Shown: in pieces, positions 30,135 through 40,133 of the stretch | Numbering within the stretch: the first letter of the stretch is position 1 | How the letters are laid out: every line of letters begins with the position of its first letter | Assembly (NCBI GenBank): GCA_963678315.1 | Contig: OY782781.1 | Span: 2,880,001-2,944,000 of the forward strand | Source: Candidatus Cloacimonadales bacterium | Lineage (GTDB): Bacteria > Cloacimonadota > Cloacimonadia > Cloacimonadales > JAFGVF01 | Direction: 5' to 3' | Length of the DNA stretch: 64,000 nucleotides | Notes under the pieces: generated by a model | What the model was told of the DNA's origin: nothing | Databases searched by the model: none | What the model saw: only the letters and a program-made list of their open reading frames with translations | Program-made: the position numbers and the translations under genes

Positions 30135-33100
30135 TGTTTTTTAACTTATTAAAATACGAGTATAAGTATATGCTCAAGAAAAGTTCTACCTATGTGTACA
30201 CTTTTATCTTCATGGCTTTGGGATTCCTCATCATGAATATTTTAGCAGGTGCTTTCACAGGGGTTAGAATGTCTGTTCAATCTGGTAGTGAGGAACAAGT
30301 ATTTACAAATTCATCCATGATGATAATGATAATCTCTACAGCTCTTAATATGCTATTAATTCTTTTTGTTGGTGGCTATATGAGTGATATTCTTTTGAAG
30401 GATTATAACCACAATGCTTTCCAATTAGTTTATACTAAGCAAGTTAAGAAAATAGAATTATTTGCAAGCAGGTTATTTGTAGCAATAAGTGTCTTACTTA
30501 GTATGTTTTCTTTCATATCTATAGGTATGATTCTAGGTCGTTTTGCACCTTGGTTAGATGCTAAGCAATTCCAACCATTCAATGTGGCTTACTATCTGAG
30601 TCCATTCTTTAAGATATCAGCTCTCAATGTATTATATGCATCGTCGTTCTTCGCCCTAATAGCAATAATAACTAAGAAGAAGTTATATGTTAATCTATCA
30701 GCTGTCATACTATATATTGTATACTCTATAATTGTACCTTTTGCTTCTAGCTTAGAACTCAAGGAATTAGTAGCCATACTTGATCCATTCGCTATAACAA
30801 CCATGGAGATTATGACTGAGAATTGGTCTATTGCTCAAAGAAATACCGAGATAATGCCTTTAAACTCCTACCTTCTTTATAACAGATTATTGTGGCTAGC
30901 TATTGCAAGTGTAATTTATTTTATAGCCTACAAGAGCTACAAGTTTGCTTATCCATTGGATAGAAAAAAGAATAAAGAAAGTAAAGGAACTAATGAAAAA
31001 GCAAGATATAATAAAATTACCAATATATCTATTAAGTGGAATCTTGCTAATTACTTAACACAACTAAAACATTACTTCTTAATTGAATTCAAGATTTTAT
31101 ATAAGTCAGTTATGTTCAAGGTCATTCTTGTAATTTATACAATTTTCTTAGTAACAACACTTATGAATATGCAAATGATTTACGACACATCTGTCCATCC
31201 TGTAACCTATAAGATAGCTGAAGAGTTGATGAATGTACTAGAGATGTTCTCTCTTCTCTTCATAGCCATATTTGCGGGAGAATTACTCTGGAAATCAAGA
31301 GCTAACAAATGTGATATGTTTGAAGATGTTGCTCCTTTTAGTTCAGGAGTGAGAGTTATTTCTCATTTCTTAACTCTCCTAAGCTATATGGTTATTTATT
31401 GGCTTATTGGTTCAATTGCAGGTATGTCTTTCCAACTAGTTAATGGATTCACAGCAATAGAGCCTGGATTGTATCTGTCCTATGGAGGTCTTTGGCTTCT
31501 TCAGATTATGATAGTTATATGCGTGGCAATATTTATACATAATCTTGCACCAAACAGAATAGCAGGTATTTTCTTGTTTTTCGGTTTCTTTATTGCTAAA
31601 GGACAACTTTCGAATCTTGGGCTTGAACATCCACTTTGGCAGTTATTTAGCAATCAAAGGTTTATCTACTCCGATATGAATGCTTTTGGTTCATACCTAC
31701 CAAAACTCTTTACTTATAAGTTATATTGGGGGAGCTTTGCTTTTATTCTACTTCTTTTAGCATCAAAAATGTATAGAAGAGGAACAGCCCTAAGACTTAG
31801 AGATTACTTCAAGAATATTAAAGAGAACTGGAACACTCCACAAAGATTATTACTGATAGTTCTCTGCCTGGCATTTGTTTCTGGGGGGTCTATAATCTAT
31901 TATAACACAAATATATTAAATGATTACAGAACTATGGAAGAATCCCGCTTAGAAAATGTTAAATATGAAAACACTTATGCTTATCTTAAAAATCTAAAAC
32001 AAGCTAGAGTTACTGATGTAGACCTTAATGTGCAGTTTTACCCAGAAAAACTGGACGCTGGTGTATCTGGAACTTTAATCTTAAAAAATAAAACACAAGC
32101 ACCTATTGATTCATTGCTTTTTTATATTAATGAAAGCGATGATTTCACAAACTATACTATTGATAGAGAATTCCAAGAGTTGATTCATGATGATAATTAT
32201 GGTTTATATCTTGTAAAACTGTCTAATAGCTTAGAAGTTGGAGATTCCTTAACTTTTACTTTTGAAGATTATCATAAGCATAAGGGTTATGAAGTTGATA
32301 CTCATATATGTGAAAATGGCTCATTTGTTAATAGTAGTATGTTTATGCCTAGTTTCGGTTACTCAGACGCTTATGAATTAGGAAATAACGAACTTCGTAG
32401 GAAATATGGTCTTGCTCCCAAAGAAAGAATGGCTGAAACTGATGATCTTGAAGCAAGAGGAAACACTTATATTTCAAACGACTCTGATTGGGTTAACTTC
32501 AAGGCTACTGTTGGTACAACAGAAGATCAGATTGCTGTAGCTCCAGGATATCTTACAAAGACTTGGCTTGAAAATGGTAGAAAGCAGTTTTCATATGAAA
32601 TGGATATGCCGATACTCAAATTCTTTTCATTTGTTTCAGCTAGATACGAACTTGCAGAAGATAAATGGGTTTCAGATTCTGGTAAAGAAGTTAAACTAGA
32701 GATATATCATCATAAGGGTCACGATTACAACCATAATTCAATGTTCAAAGCTCTTAAAATGGGATTAAGTCACTATTCTAAGATCTATATGGAATACCCT
32801 CATAAACAAATGAGAATTCTTGAGTTTCCAAGATATGCAACTTTTGCTCAATCCTTCCCTAACACTGTACCTTACTCAGAAGGAATAGGCTTTATTGCTG
32901 ATGTTGAAGACCATGATGAACAAGATTATCCTTTCTTTGTAACAGCTCATGAATTAGCTCATCAATGGTGGGCTCATATAGTTATTGGAGCTAATGTACA
33001 AGGTGCTGTACTTATGAGTGAAGCTCTAGCCCAATACTCAGCATTATCTATTATGGAACAAGAATATGGTCAAGTTAAGATGGGAGACTTCCTTAAGCAT

Positions 33101-33748
33101 GAACTTTCTTCTTATATTAATGGGAGATCTTCTGAAGGCTCTAAAGAACAACCACTCTCCAAAGTAGAAAATCAGCAGTATATTCACTACAATAAAGGTT
33201 CTGTTGTGATGTTTGGTCTTAAAGGCTACATTGGTGAAGATAGAGTAAATGCAGCCCTCAAGGAAGTTGTGGATAAATATAAGTATCAAGAACCACCATA
33301 TATTAACTCTACAGAATTCTTGGAATGTATCTATAAACAAGTACCTGATTCTCTACAAAGCTTTGCTCATGAGCTATTCGAAGACATTGTCCTTTATAAC
33401 AACTCTATCAAAGATGTTCAAGTTACTGAAATTGGAGATAAGTTCAAAGTAGATATGACTTTTGAGTGCCACAAGGTCAGAGCCGATTCTATTGGTAATG
33501 AAACCGAGATAGCTATGGATGATTGGGTTGAAGTACTTGTCTTTAATGAGCAAGTAATTAACAGTAAGAAACAAAAGACTATTGCCAACCCGGATAATAG
33601 ATGGTTTAAGCTACAAAAGGGCGAAAACAGAGTATCAATTATAGTAGAAGATAAGCCTGTTGAAGCTGGAATTGACCCTTTCTTTAAACTACTCGATAAA
33701 ACTGTCTACAACAACAGAAAATTAATACACTCAATAAAAAAAGGATAA
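30134..33748 (+). CDS. ABC-2 permease fused to M1-family aminopeptidase
   Basis: Two TM bundles, then HELAHQWW-x-SEALAQY zinc motif and YNKG. Confidence 0.88.
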   Translation: MFFNLLKYEYKYMLKKSSTYVYTFIFMALGFLIMNILAGAFTGVRMSVQSGSEEQVFTNSSMMIMIISTALNMLLILFVGGYMSDILLKDYNHNAFQLVYTKQVKKIELFASRLFVAISVLLSMFSFISIGMILGRFAPWLDAKQFQPFNVAYYLSPFFKISALNVLYASSFFALIAIITKKKLYVNLSAVILYIVYSIIVPFASSLELKELVAILDPFAITTMEIMTENWSIAQRNTEIMPLNSYLLYNRLLWLAIASVIYFIAYKSYKFAYPLDRKKNKESKGTNEKARYNKITNISIKWNLANYLTQLKHYFLIEFKILYKSVMFKVILVIYTIFLVTTLMNMQMIYDTSVHPVTYKIAEELMNVLEMFSLLFIAIFAGELLWKSRANKCDMFEDVAPFSSGVRVISHFLTLLSYMVIYWLIGSIAGMSFQLVNGFTAIEPGLYLSYGGLWLLQIMIVICVAIFIHNLAPNRIAGIFLFFGFFIAKGQLSNLGLEHPLWQLFSNQRFIYSDMNAFGSYLPKLFTYKLYWGSFAFILLLLASKMYRRGTALRLRDYFKNIKENWNTPQRLLLIVLCLAFVSGGSIIYYNTNILNDYRTMEESRLENVKYENTYAYLKNLKQARVTDVDLNVQFYPEKLDAGVSGTLILKNKTQAPIDSLLFYINESDDFTNYTIDREFQELIHDDNYGLYLVKLSNSLEVGDSLTFTFEDYHKHKGYEVDTHICENGSFVNSSMFMPSFGYSDAYELGNNELRRKYGLAPKERMAETDDLEARGNTYISNDSDWVNFKATVGTTEDQIAVAPGYLTKTWLENGRKQFSYEMDMPILKFFSFVSARYELAEDKWVSDSGKEVKLEIYHHKGHDYNHNSMFKALKMGLSHYSKIYMEYPHKQMRILEFPRYATFAQSFPNTVPYSEGIGFIADVEDHDEQDYPFFVTAHELAHQWWAHIVIGANVQGAVLMSEALAQYSALSIMEQEYGQVKMGDFLKHELSSYINGRSSEGSKEQPLSKVENQQYIHYNKGSVVMFGLKGYIGEDRVNAALKEVVDKYKYQEPPYINSTEFLECIYKQVPDSLQSFAHELFEDIVLYNNSIKDVQVTEIGDKFKVDMTFECHKVRADSIGNETEIAMDDWVEVLVFNEQVINSKKQKTIANPDNRWFKLQKGENRVSIIVEDKPVEAGIDPFFKLLDKTVYNNRKLIHSIKKG

Positions 33749-33750
33749 AA

Positions 33751-34449
33751 ATGAAAAAGATTATAATCTCATTAATAATGCTAACTGCATTATTCTCATT
33801 ATATTGTAAAGAAATCAATGACCAATTGTGGCTGAAAGCAGTTCAACTTAAACGTAATGCAAAGAACTACTATGCTTCAAAAACTACTTTCCAGACTATC
33901 CAGAAAGATAAGAGAGGTAATGAAAAGGAAAAGAGTGTAGTAACTCTGAAATATATTGAACAAGATGGTAATATTATTACTAAATTTGTTGAAGGCTACC
34001 AAGATGGAAAAGCATTAACATCCGATGATAAAATGGTAGAAAGTTATATGCAGACACCTGCTAATATTGATGATGGTCAAGGTTTCTTCTTTACCAGAAC
34101 ATCTGACTCTTTCAAGTTAAAAAGGAAAGGTTCAGAAGTAATTAATGGTGACAACTATATAAAATTCTGGATTGAACTTGAAAAAGAAGAGGATGGTGAA
34201 GAAATAGATATAGAAGGATATATCTGGATTAATGAAGAAACTGGGGTTCCCTTGAAGAGTGTTCTTGATCTTGATCCTCATAAAATTATGGTCAAAAAAA
34301 TAACAATGACTAATCGCTATCAATTAGTTGACCAAAATAAATTATGCATTTACGATACAAGCTTGGATATTGTAGCAAGTATGGTCTTAAAGAAGTTCTA
34401 TATTACTCAAAGATCAAGCCACAGTGATTTTAAATTGCTTGGACAATAA
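33751..34449 (+). CDS. Exported hypothetical protein
   Basis: Signal peptide, beta-rich, 2 bp after the ABC-peptidase gene. Confidence 0.7.
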   Translation: MKKIIISLIMLTALFSLYCKEINDQLWLKAVQLKRNAKNYYASKTTFQTIQKDKRGNEKEKSVVTLKYIEQDGNIITKFVEGYQDGKALTSDDKMVESYMQTPANIDDGQGFFFTRTSDSFKLKRKGSEVINGDNYIKFWIELEKEEDGEEIDIEGYIWINEETGVPLKSVLDLDPHKIMVKKITMTNRYQLVDQNKLCIYDTSLDIVASMVLKKFYITQRSSHSDFKLLGQ

Positions 34450-34553
34450 TATATATATCATTCGCTGTAATTGTACATTGATTACAGCCAGTGCTATTAG
34501 ATGATATCAAAAGATCTCATCGTGTTTTCTCTTTTTTATTAATACAATAAAGC

Positions 34554-34588
34554 AAAAAAAAAGAGCCTTGGCAAAACCAAGGCTCTTC
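34554..34588 (-). terminator. Intrinsic terminator
   Basis: aagagccttgg-caaaa-ccaaggctctt preceded on + by an A-run (U-tract on minus). Confidence 0.8.
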
Positions 34589-34686
34589 TATAGGAACAAA
34601 AATCCTACAATAATATTATATTTTTATCATTTACCATACTTCTAAAAGTCCATTTACTAGGATTAAAGAAGCAGGTTCAGATGATA

Positions 34687-36186
34687 CTATTTCATTAAGA
34701 TCATTTTCTTAGTTCCACTATATTTTCCATTTGTCATTTTGTAGAAATATAATCCTGAAGAAACTTTATTATTGTTATTATCTCTACCATTCCAAACAAC
34801 TTTATGGTTTCCAAGTGTTTGAGGAGAATTAACTAAAGTATTAACCAATTGACCTTTAACATTATATATTTCAATTGATACATTTTCATTATAATTAACA
34901 TTATAAGAGATAGTTGTTTCAGGGTTAAATGGATTTGGATAGTTATCAATCAAGCCAATGTGAGAAGCTACATCTTCTAAATCTTCATTAGCAACAGGTT
35001 CTGATAATAGGTTAAAAGTAACTTCAACGTTAGACATTTGATGACCACCATCACCATAACTATCAGCAATATTAAGTATCCATTCACCAATAGGATCTTG
35101 ACCAACAAAATCATATAATGTGATATCTAGAGCTGTAGGGTTAGTATCAGAAGCGTTGAAGAGTGTTAAGACCTCTCCACTTGGTGATTGAAGTGTTAGT
35201 GAACCTTCAGATGGGTAGTCCACAGATGTCCATGTTCCTGTTAAATGAATAGAAACAATAGGATCTTGAACATAAATAAAGAATGAAGTCCAACCTAAAT
35301 CTGCAAAAGAATTACTAAATGGTGCAGTATTATTTGGGTAAGCTGCTTGAGCAGGACTATCATCAGCAGTATTAATTACTGCTTCAGTTTGATCTTCACT
35401 AGGAACAGCCATTACTGAGATAACATAGTCTAAGACTTCACCAGATGAAGAACCTTGGATTGAAACTGTGAATGAACCCATAGTAGCAGTAGTTTCAATA
35501 GTTAACTCTGTACCTGTAATTGTAGCAGAAATAGCTTCATCATCAGAAACTTCTGTTACAGTATATTCAACAGGGTCACCTAATGGATGATACATGAGAC
35601 CGTCTAGCTCGATATTTGTTGTTGAAGTAAGCTCAAGTACTTGAGCAGGAATTGATCCTGTATAATGAATATGTGAAAAAGTAGCAACTGCACCTGGCAC
35701 TGCTGCTTGGGCACTTGACCATTCGTTCTCACCATACATTAAGATATTACCAGCCCCGATAACTGCGAAGAATGGTACATAACCATTACCAAATGCAGAA
35801 TATTGAGCATCTAGTTCTGGTGCATAAGGAAGGTTAGTATGGCCTTGAGCACTCCAATCGTGTGCTGTTAATAAATAAACTTCATCTGCGTTTTGTTCTG
35901 GAAACCAAGTATTTAACTGCGGCGCCGCCGCAACACAACCTGATCAACCAGGTGAACCCCAGAAAAAGACAACAGCTTTTCCTGAGTTAGTTACTTGACT
36001 TAGTGATGTAGATTCACCATTTAAAGTCCATGTAAAATCATCAACAATCTCACCAACTCCATAAGCACGGGAGTTAATCACTACATCAGCATCCTTATAT
36101 TGCTTAGGACTGATAGGTGTAAATGATTGACCGATTAATGAAAATGTTGTTAAAATCACAAAAATGGTAATTACAAATTTTTTCAT
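34687..36186 (-). CDS. Probable secreted selenoprotein (499 aa): thioredoxin fold with UxxC, Ig-like and P-domain-like regions, FlgD/T9SS-like C-terminal domain
   Basis: ORFs 35944-36186 and 34687-35739 are in the same frame, separated only by TGA 35946-35944; readthrough gives VVFFWGSPG-U-SG-C-VAAAPQLN...YVPFFAVIG. Promoter TTGACA(36259)-17-TATATT and GGAG RBS upstream. Confidence 0.85.
35905..35943 (-). promoter_or_regulatory. SECIS-like hairpin
   Basis: UCAGGU...GUUGCGGC-GGC-GCCGCAGU...ACUUGG immediately 3' of UGA; GCG GCG GCG CCG codons are atypical for this AT-rich DNA. Confidence 0.75.
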
Positions 36187-36741
36187 GTAATCTCCTATTT
36201 AGTTATTCCTTAGATTTTCTAAGTTATCCTAATATAGAACTATTTGCATATAATGTCAATCTATTTTATCCTTCTTTTAACATTGATAAAATTGCTATCT
36301 AAACAATTAATTAACAATTATTTAAATAAATAGCATTAAAACAACTAGAGTTTTCCTAAAATAAAACAAAGAATAAAAAAGTTGGTGTTTAGCTTCTAAC
36401 TTTCACAAACAAAGTGGAAATGTTGCAGAAAAACAACAAAAACTTTATTAGTATTGAGACATACTAAATAAAACTTACATTCTAACATCTATAACTGTTT
36501 TTAGTGCCCAGTAATTTTGCAAATCACATATTCATGCTGAACAGCTTAGAATTAATAAATTAAAAAGCTGTTGAAGATTATTGTAGACCTAATTCAAATA
36601 TAGTGCCATATTATATCATAGCTAATCAACCTTATATCACATTTTTTTAGGATAACTCATAATTATACTTTACATCTTTGAGATCTCATTGTATACTAGT
36701 TATTAGATAAGACTGATTATAATAATATAAGGAGTTGAAAA

Positions 36742-39198
36742 GTGAAGAAAATAATTCTATGTATTCTATTTATAATTATTGGATTGCTGTATGCCCAAGG
36801 AACTATGCCTCAAGGACAAGGGACTGAAGAAAATCCTTTTTTAGTAACAAGTTTAGATAATCTTAGGTATATTTCTGAGCATGAAGATATGTGGCTAAAC
36901 AAGCACTATCTACAAACTAATGATATTGATGCATCTGATACTGAAAATTGGAATGATAGTACTGGTTTTGACGGATTTGGAGAACTTGAAGTATTTTATG
37001 ATGAGGAGGATGATGATGAAAGCTATCATGAATATCATTATTTTGATTCAACATATTCAGGAAATGGATTCACAATATTTAACTTATATTCACACAGATC
37101 AATGGCAAGTTTTATTTCATTGTTGGGAGAGAATGGAATTGTGGAAAATTTAAACTTTTCTTCTCCAGAGATTATTGGTAGCAACTATTCAGCCGTCATT
37201 GCTGCACATTGTAATGGTCTTGTAAGGAATTGTAATATAACTGATGCAAATGTTGTATGTATGAGAGTTGGATTTGTTACAGCCTTATTGAGTGGAGATG
37301 GAAAAATAATAAACTGTGATATTGAGGGAGAAATTGCTGGCTATAGCAATTATCCGGGTACTGGTATAATTGCAGGTTATGTTCACGATGGTCAGAGCAA
37401 CACAGGTCAAATGATAATAGATTGCAGTGCTAGAGTAATATTTGGAGATGACACAATTTCTAACCAACCATTTGTTAAAGGTCTCATTGGAAATGATAAG
37501 TATAAAACAGTAAAAAATTCCTATTATTGCATCGAGAACAATGATGAAACAAGTTCTAACTTTACTGGGTTTGGAGGCATAAGTGAAGAACTATTTCAAG
37601 AATGGCTAGATAATGGCAAAGAACTACAAATAAACAATTATCTGACTCATGATGGGGATGATTATATTATTGATAGCCCTAATGATTTCGAGTATGTCAG
37701 AGCTTTTTACGATACAACACTGACTTATAGTATCTCGAATGATTTAGATTTTTCACTATACCCTAATCTAAATATTCCATATACTCGATCTTCTTTCGAA
37801 GGTAATAATCACACCATTTGCAATATTACATTTGATTCAGATAACTTATATGTTGCACCAATAGGGATTTTTAGAGGAGAATATTTTCAGAATTTAAATG
37901 TTTCAGATGGTAATGTTATCGGGTATAAGTATGTATCACTCTTAATAGCAGATAATTATGGAAATGTTTCTAACTGTCATGTTACCGGAAATGTAACAGG
38001 TCAATATTTTGTAGGAGGTATGATTGGAAATTCTGTTAGGAGAATAAATACTTCAGTTTTGGATTGCTCTGCTAATGTTACCATAGTTGGAGAAAGCTGG
38101 GTTGGAGGATTATTAGGTTGTGGAGTTGCAACAAATTGTAACGCTTATTCTGTTATAGATGCTAGCAGTTTTGTTGGAGGTATGATAGGAGTTGGGTGCG
38201 CTATAAATTGTAACGTTGAAACAGAGCTAAGTGGTTCTTCTCGTATTGGGGGCTTATTGGGGGTTGGTTATGCTACTGCTTCATCATCAATAGGGACTAT
38301 TGAAGGTGTAGTAAATATCGGAGGGCTCATAGGATATGTCAACAATTATGAATCAGCAAGTACGAATATTTCAGAAGATATCGAAAGATTGGAAATCATG
38401 GAAAACAATTTTTCAAGCTGTGAAATATCAGGAGTCTCCGAAATTGGAGGATTATATGGTTATGTAAAAGGTATTTATGATATTATTATTAAAGATAGCT
38501 ATTCTATTGGTCAAATAAATATTTCATCAAGGTCATATTCTAGTAGTCAAATAAACTCAGGTGGATTTATAGGTGAAACTTTTCAAGATGATATTGAAAT
38601 AAGAGATTGTTACACTGCATCAGAAATAGTCTATCCTTTAAATGAAATTGAAGATATATCATCTATTTCAGCTTTTATCGGCAATTCAACAGAAGAAATT
38701 GATATTTATAATTGTTTCTGCAGCGAAGAAATTGCAGGAGTTCCTGCACACAACGGGGCTAATAATGTAACTATAGCTGAACTTCACAATATAAACACTT
38801 ATCTTGATGTAGGATGGGATTTTGCTAACACATGGACTATTGATAGTGAAGCAAATGGTGCTTATCCTTACTTAAGAATTCACCAAGCTACTCCAAACAT
38901 AGAAGAAGAAGTAGAACATATCCAAGTATCTAATATTCTAAAATCAGCTTATCCAAATCCTTTTAATCCAGAAACTACTATCGAATTTACAGTAAAAGAT
39001 GATGAGATGGCTTCCCTAAAAATATACAACATTAAAGGTCAGCTTGTGAAAAATTTTGATATATTTGAATCAGGTGAGCATAAAATTGTTTGGCAAGGTA
39101 CTAACAACAAAAATAAGAGAGTAGCTTCTGGTTTATATCTATACAAATTAGAATCTAAAAATTCATCTCAGATTAAAAAAGTACTAATGATTAAGTAA
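36742..39198 (+). CDS. Secreted GLUG-repeat protein with FlgD/T9SS-like C-terminal domain
   Basis: GQGTEENPF, YLQTNDIDAS, repeated VGGLLG/IGGLIG, GWDFANTW, AYPNPFNPETT. Confidence 0.85.
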   Translation: MKKIILCILFIIIGLLYAQGTMPQGQGTEENPFLVTSLDNLRYISEHEDMWLNKHYLQTNDIDASDTENWNDSTGFDGFGELEVFYDEEDDDESYHEYHYFDSTYSGNGFTIFNLYSHRSMASFISLLGENGIVENLNFSSPEIIGSNYSAVIAAHCNGLVRNCNITDANVVCMRVGFVTALLSGDGKIINCDIEGEIAGYSNYPGTGIIAGYVHDGQSNTGQMIIDCSARVIFGDDTISNQPFVKGLIGNDKYKTVKNSYYCIENNDETSSNFTGFGGISEELFQEWLDNGKELQINNYLTHDGDDYIIDSPNDFEYVRAFYDTTLTYSISNDLDFSLYPNLNIPYTRSSFEGNNHTICNITFDSDNLYVAPIGIFRGEYFQNLNVSDGNVIGYKYVSLLIADNYGNVSNCHVTGNVTGQYFVGGMIGNSVRRINTSVLDCSANVTIVGESWVGGLLGCGVATNCNAYSVIDASSFVGGMIGVGCAINCNVETELSGSSRIGGLLGVGYATASSSIGTIEGVVNIGGLIGYVNNYESASTNISEDIERLEIMENNFSSCEISGVSEIGGLYGYVKGIYDIIIKDSYSIGQINISSRSYSSSQINSGGFIGETFQDDIEIRDCYTASEIVYPLNEIEDISSISAFIGNSTEEIDIYNCFCSEEIAGVPAHNGANNVTIAELHNINTYLDVGWDFANTWTIDSEANGAYPYLRIHQATPNIEEEVEHIQVSNILKSAYPNPFNPETTIEFTVKDDEMASLKIYNIKGQLVKNFDIFESGEHKIVWQGTNNKNKRVASGLYLYKLESKNSSQIKKVLMIK

Positions 39199-39240
39199 AA
39201 TATAAGAATTAATGCCTTATATTAATCAAAATTAATAAGC

Positions 39241-39957
39241 CTAATAATTGACTTGCTCTGTAAGCTTTGCTTCATACTTCTTAGAAAAGAAGCCTGCAAT
39301 AGCGGCACCTAATATTGGAGCTAGCCAGAATAACCACAGCTGTTTTAAAGCCCATGTCCCCTGAAATACTGCTGTTCCTGTAGATCTTGCAGGGTTAACA
39401 GATGTACCAGTTACAGGCAAACCAACTAAAATTACTAGGGTTATTGTAATTCCAATGATGAAAGGAGCTATTTTCTTATTAGCTTTAGTGTTAGTGGAAC
39501 CAAAAATCACAAACAAGAACAATCCTGTAAGCAGAACTTCTGTAACAAATCCAGCTAATAGAGAAAAATTCTTGGGTGAGTTCACTCCATAGCCATTACA
39601 AGCAAAACCTGATTGTTCAGCATGAAAATTTGGAATACTTTGTGCGACTACATAGATACAAAATCCACCGACAATAGCACCAAGTACCTGCACCAAAATA
39701 TATGGTAACACTTCTTTTTTATGCATTCTCCCACCTACCCACATAGCAACAGTTACTGCTGGATTAAAATGAGCACCAGATATGTTTATGAAAGCTGTAA
39801 CAAGTAAGAAAACAGTTAAGACTGTTATTAAAGCAGTCCCATAATAGCCCAATCCTCCCTCAATAAATTGGGGTGCAAATAAACCACTTCCACAGGACGA
39901 AAAGACAAGAAATAATGTTCCAAAGAATTCAGCACTTAATCTATTAGACAGATTCAT
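39241..39957 (-). CDS. aqpZ: Aquaporin Z
   Basis: ISGAHFNPAVT, TSVNPARS, QLWLFWLAP; likely start 39957. Confidence 0.9.
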   Translation of the reverse strand: MNLSNRLSAEFFGTLFLVFSSCGSGLFAPQFIEGGLGYYGTALITVLTVFLLVTAFINISGAHFNPAVTVAMWVGGRMHKKEVLPYILVQVLGAIVGGFCIYVVAQSIPNFHAEQSGFACNGYGVNSPKNFSLLAGFVTEVLLTGLFLFVIFGSTNTKANKKIAPFIIGITITLVILVGLPVTGTSVNPARSTGTAVFQGTWALKQLWLFWLAPILGAAIAGFFSKKYEAKLTEQVNY

Positions 39958-40133
39958 TATATTCTCCAATGCAATATGTGATATAGCAATAATTTTGTAT
40001 TTGCGTAATTGGGCAAATAGTATTGTGTTAAATAATCTTAATAATTGTCTTAAGCTTATTAATTTTTCTAACTAAAAATGCAGTTTATATTTATATTTCC
40101 TTAGATAGTAAGTTTTCTGGGACAGCTATCGAA

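Noticed and set aside
25320..33748. RiPP/microcin cluster from TldD/PmbA plus the ABC-peptidase
   Set aside because: The genes are divergent and separated by xth; no precursor peptide or modifying enzyme is visible.
24554..36186. Genome-wide TGA reassignment to Trp or Gly as the cause of the two in-frame TGAs
   Set aside because: All other long genes are uninterrupted under code 11, and both TGAs fall at Cys-type positions followed by hairpins.
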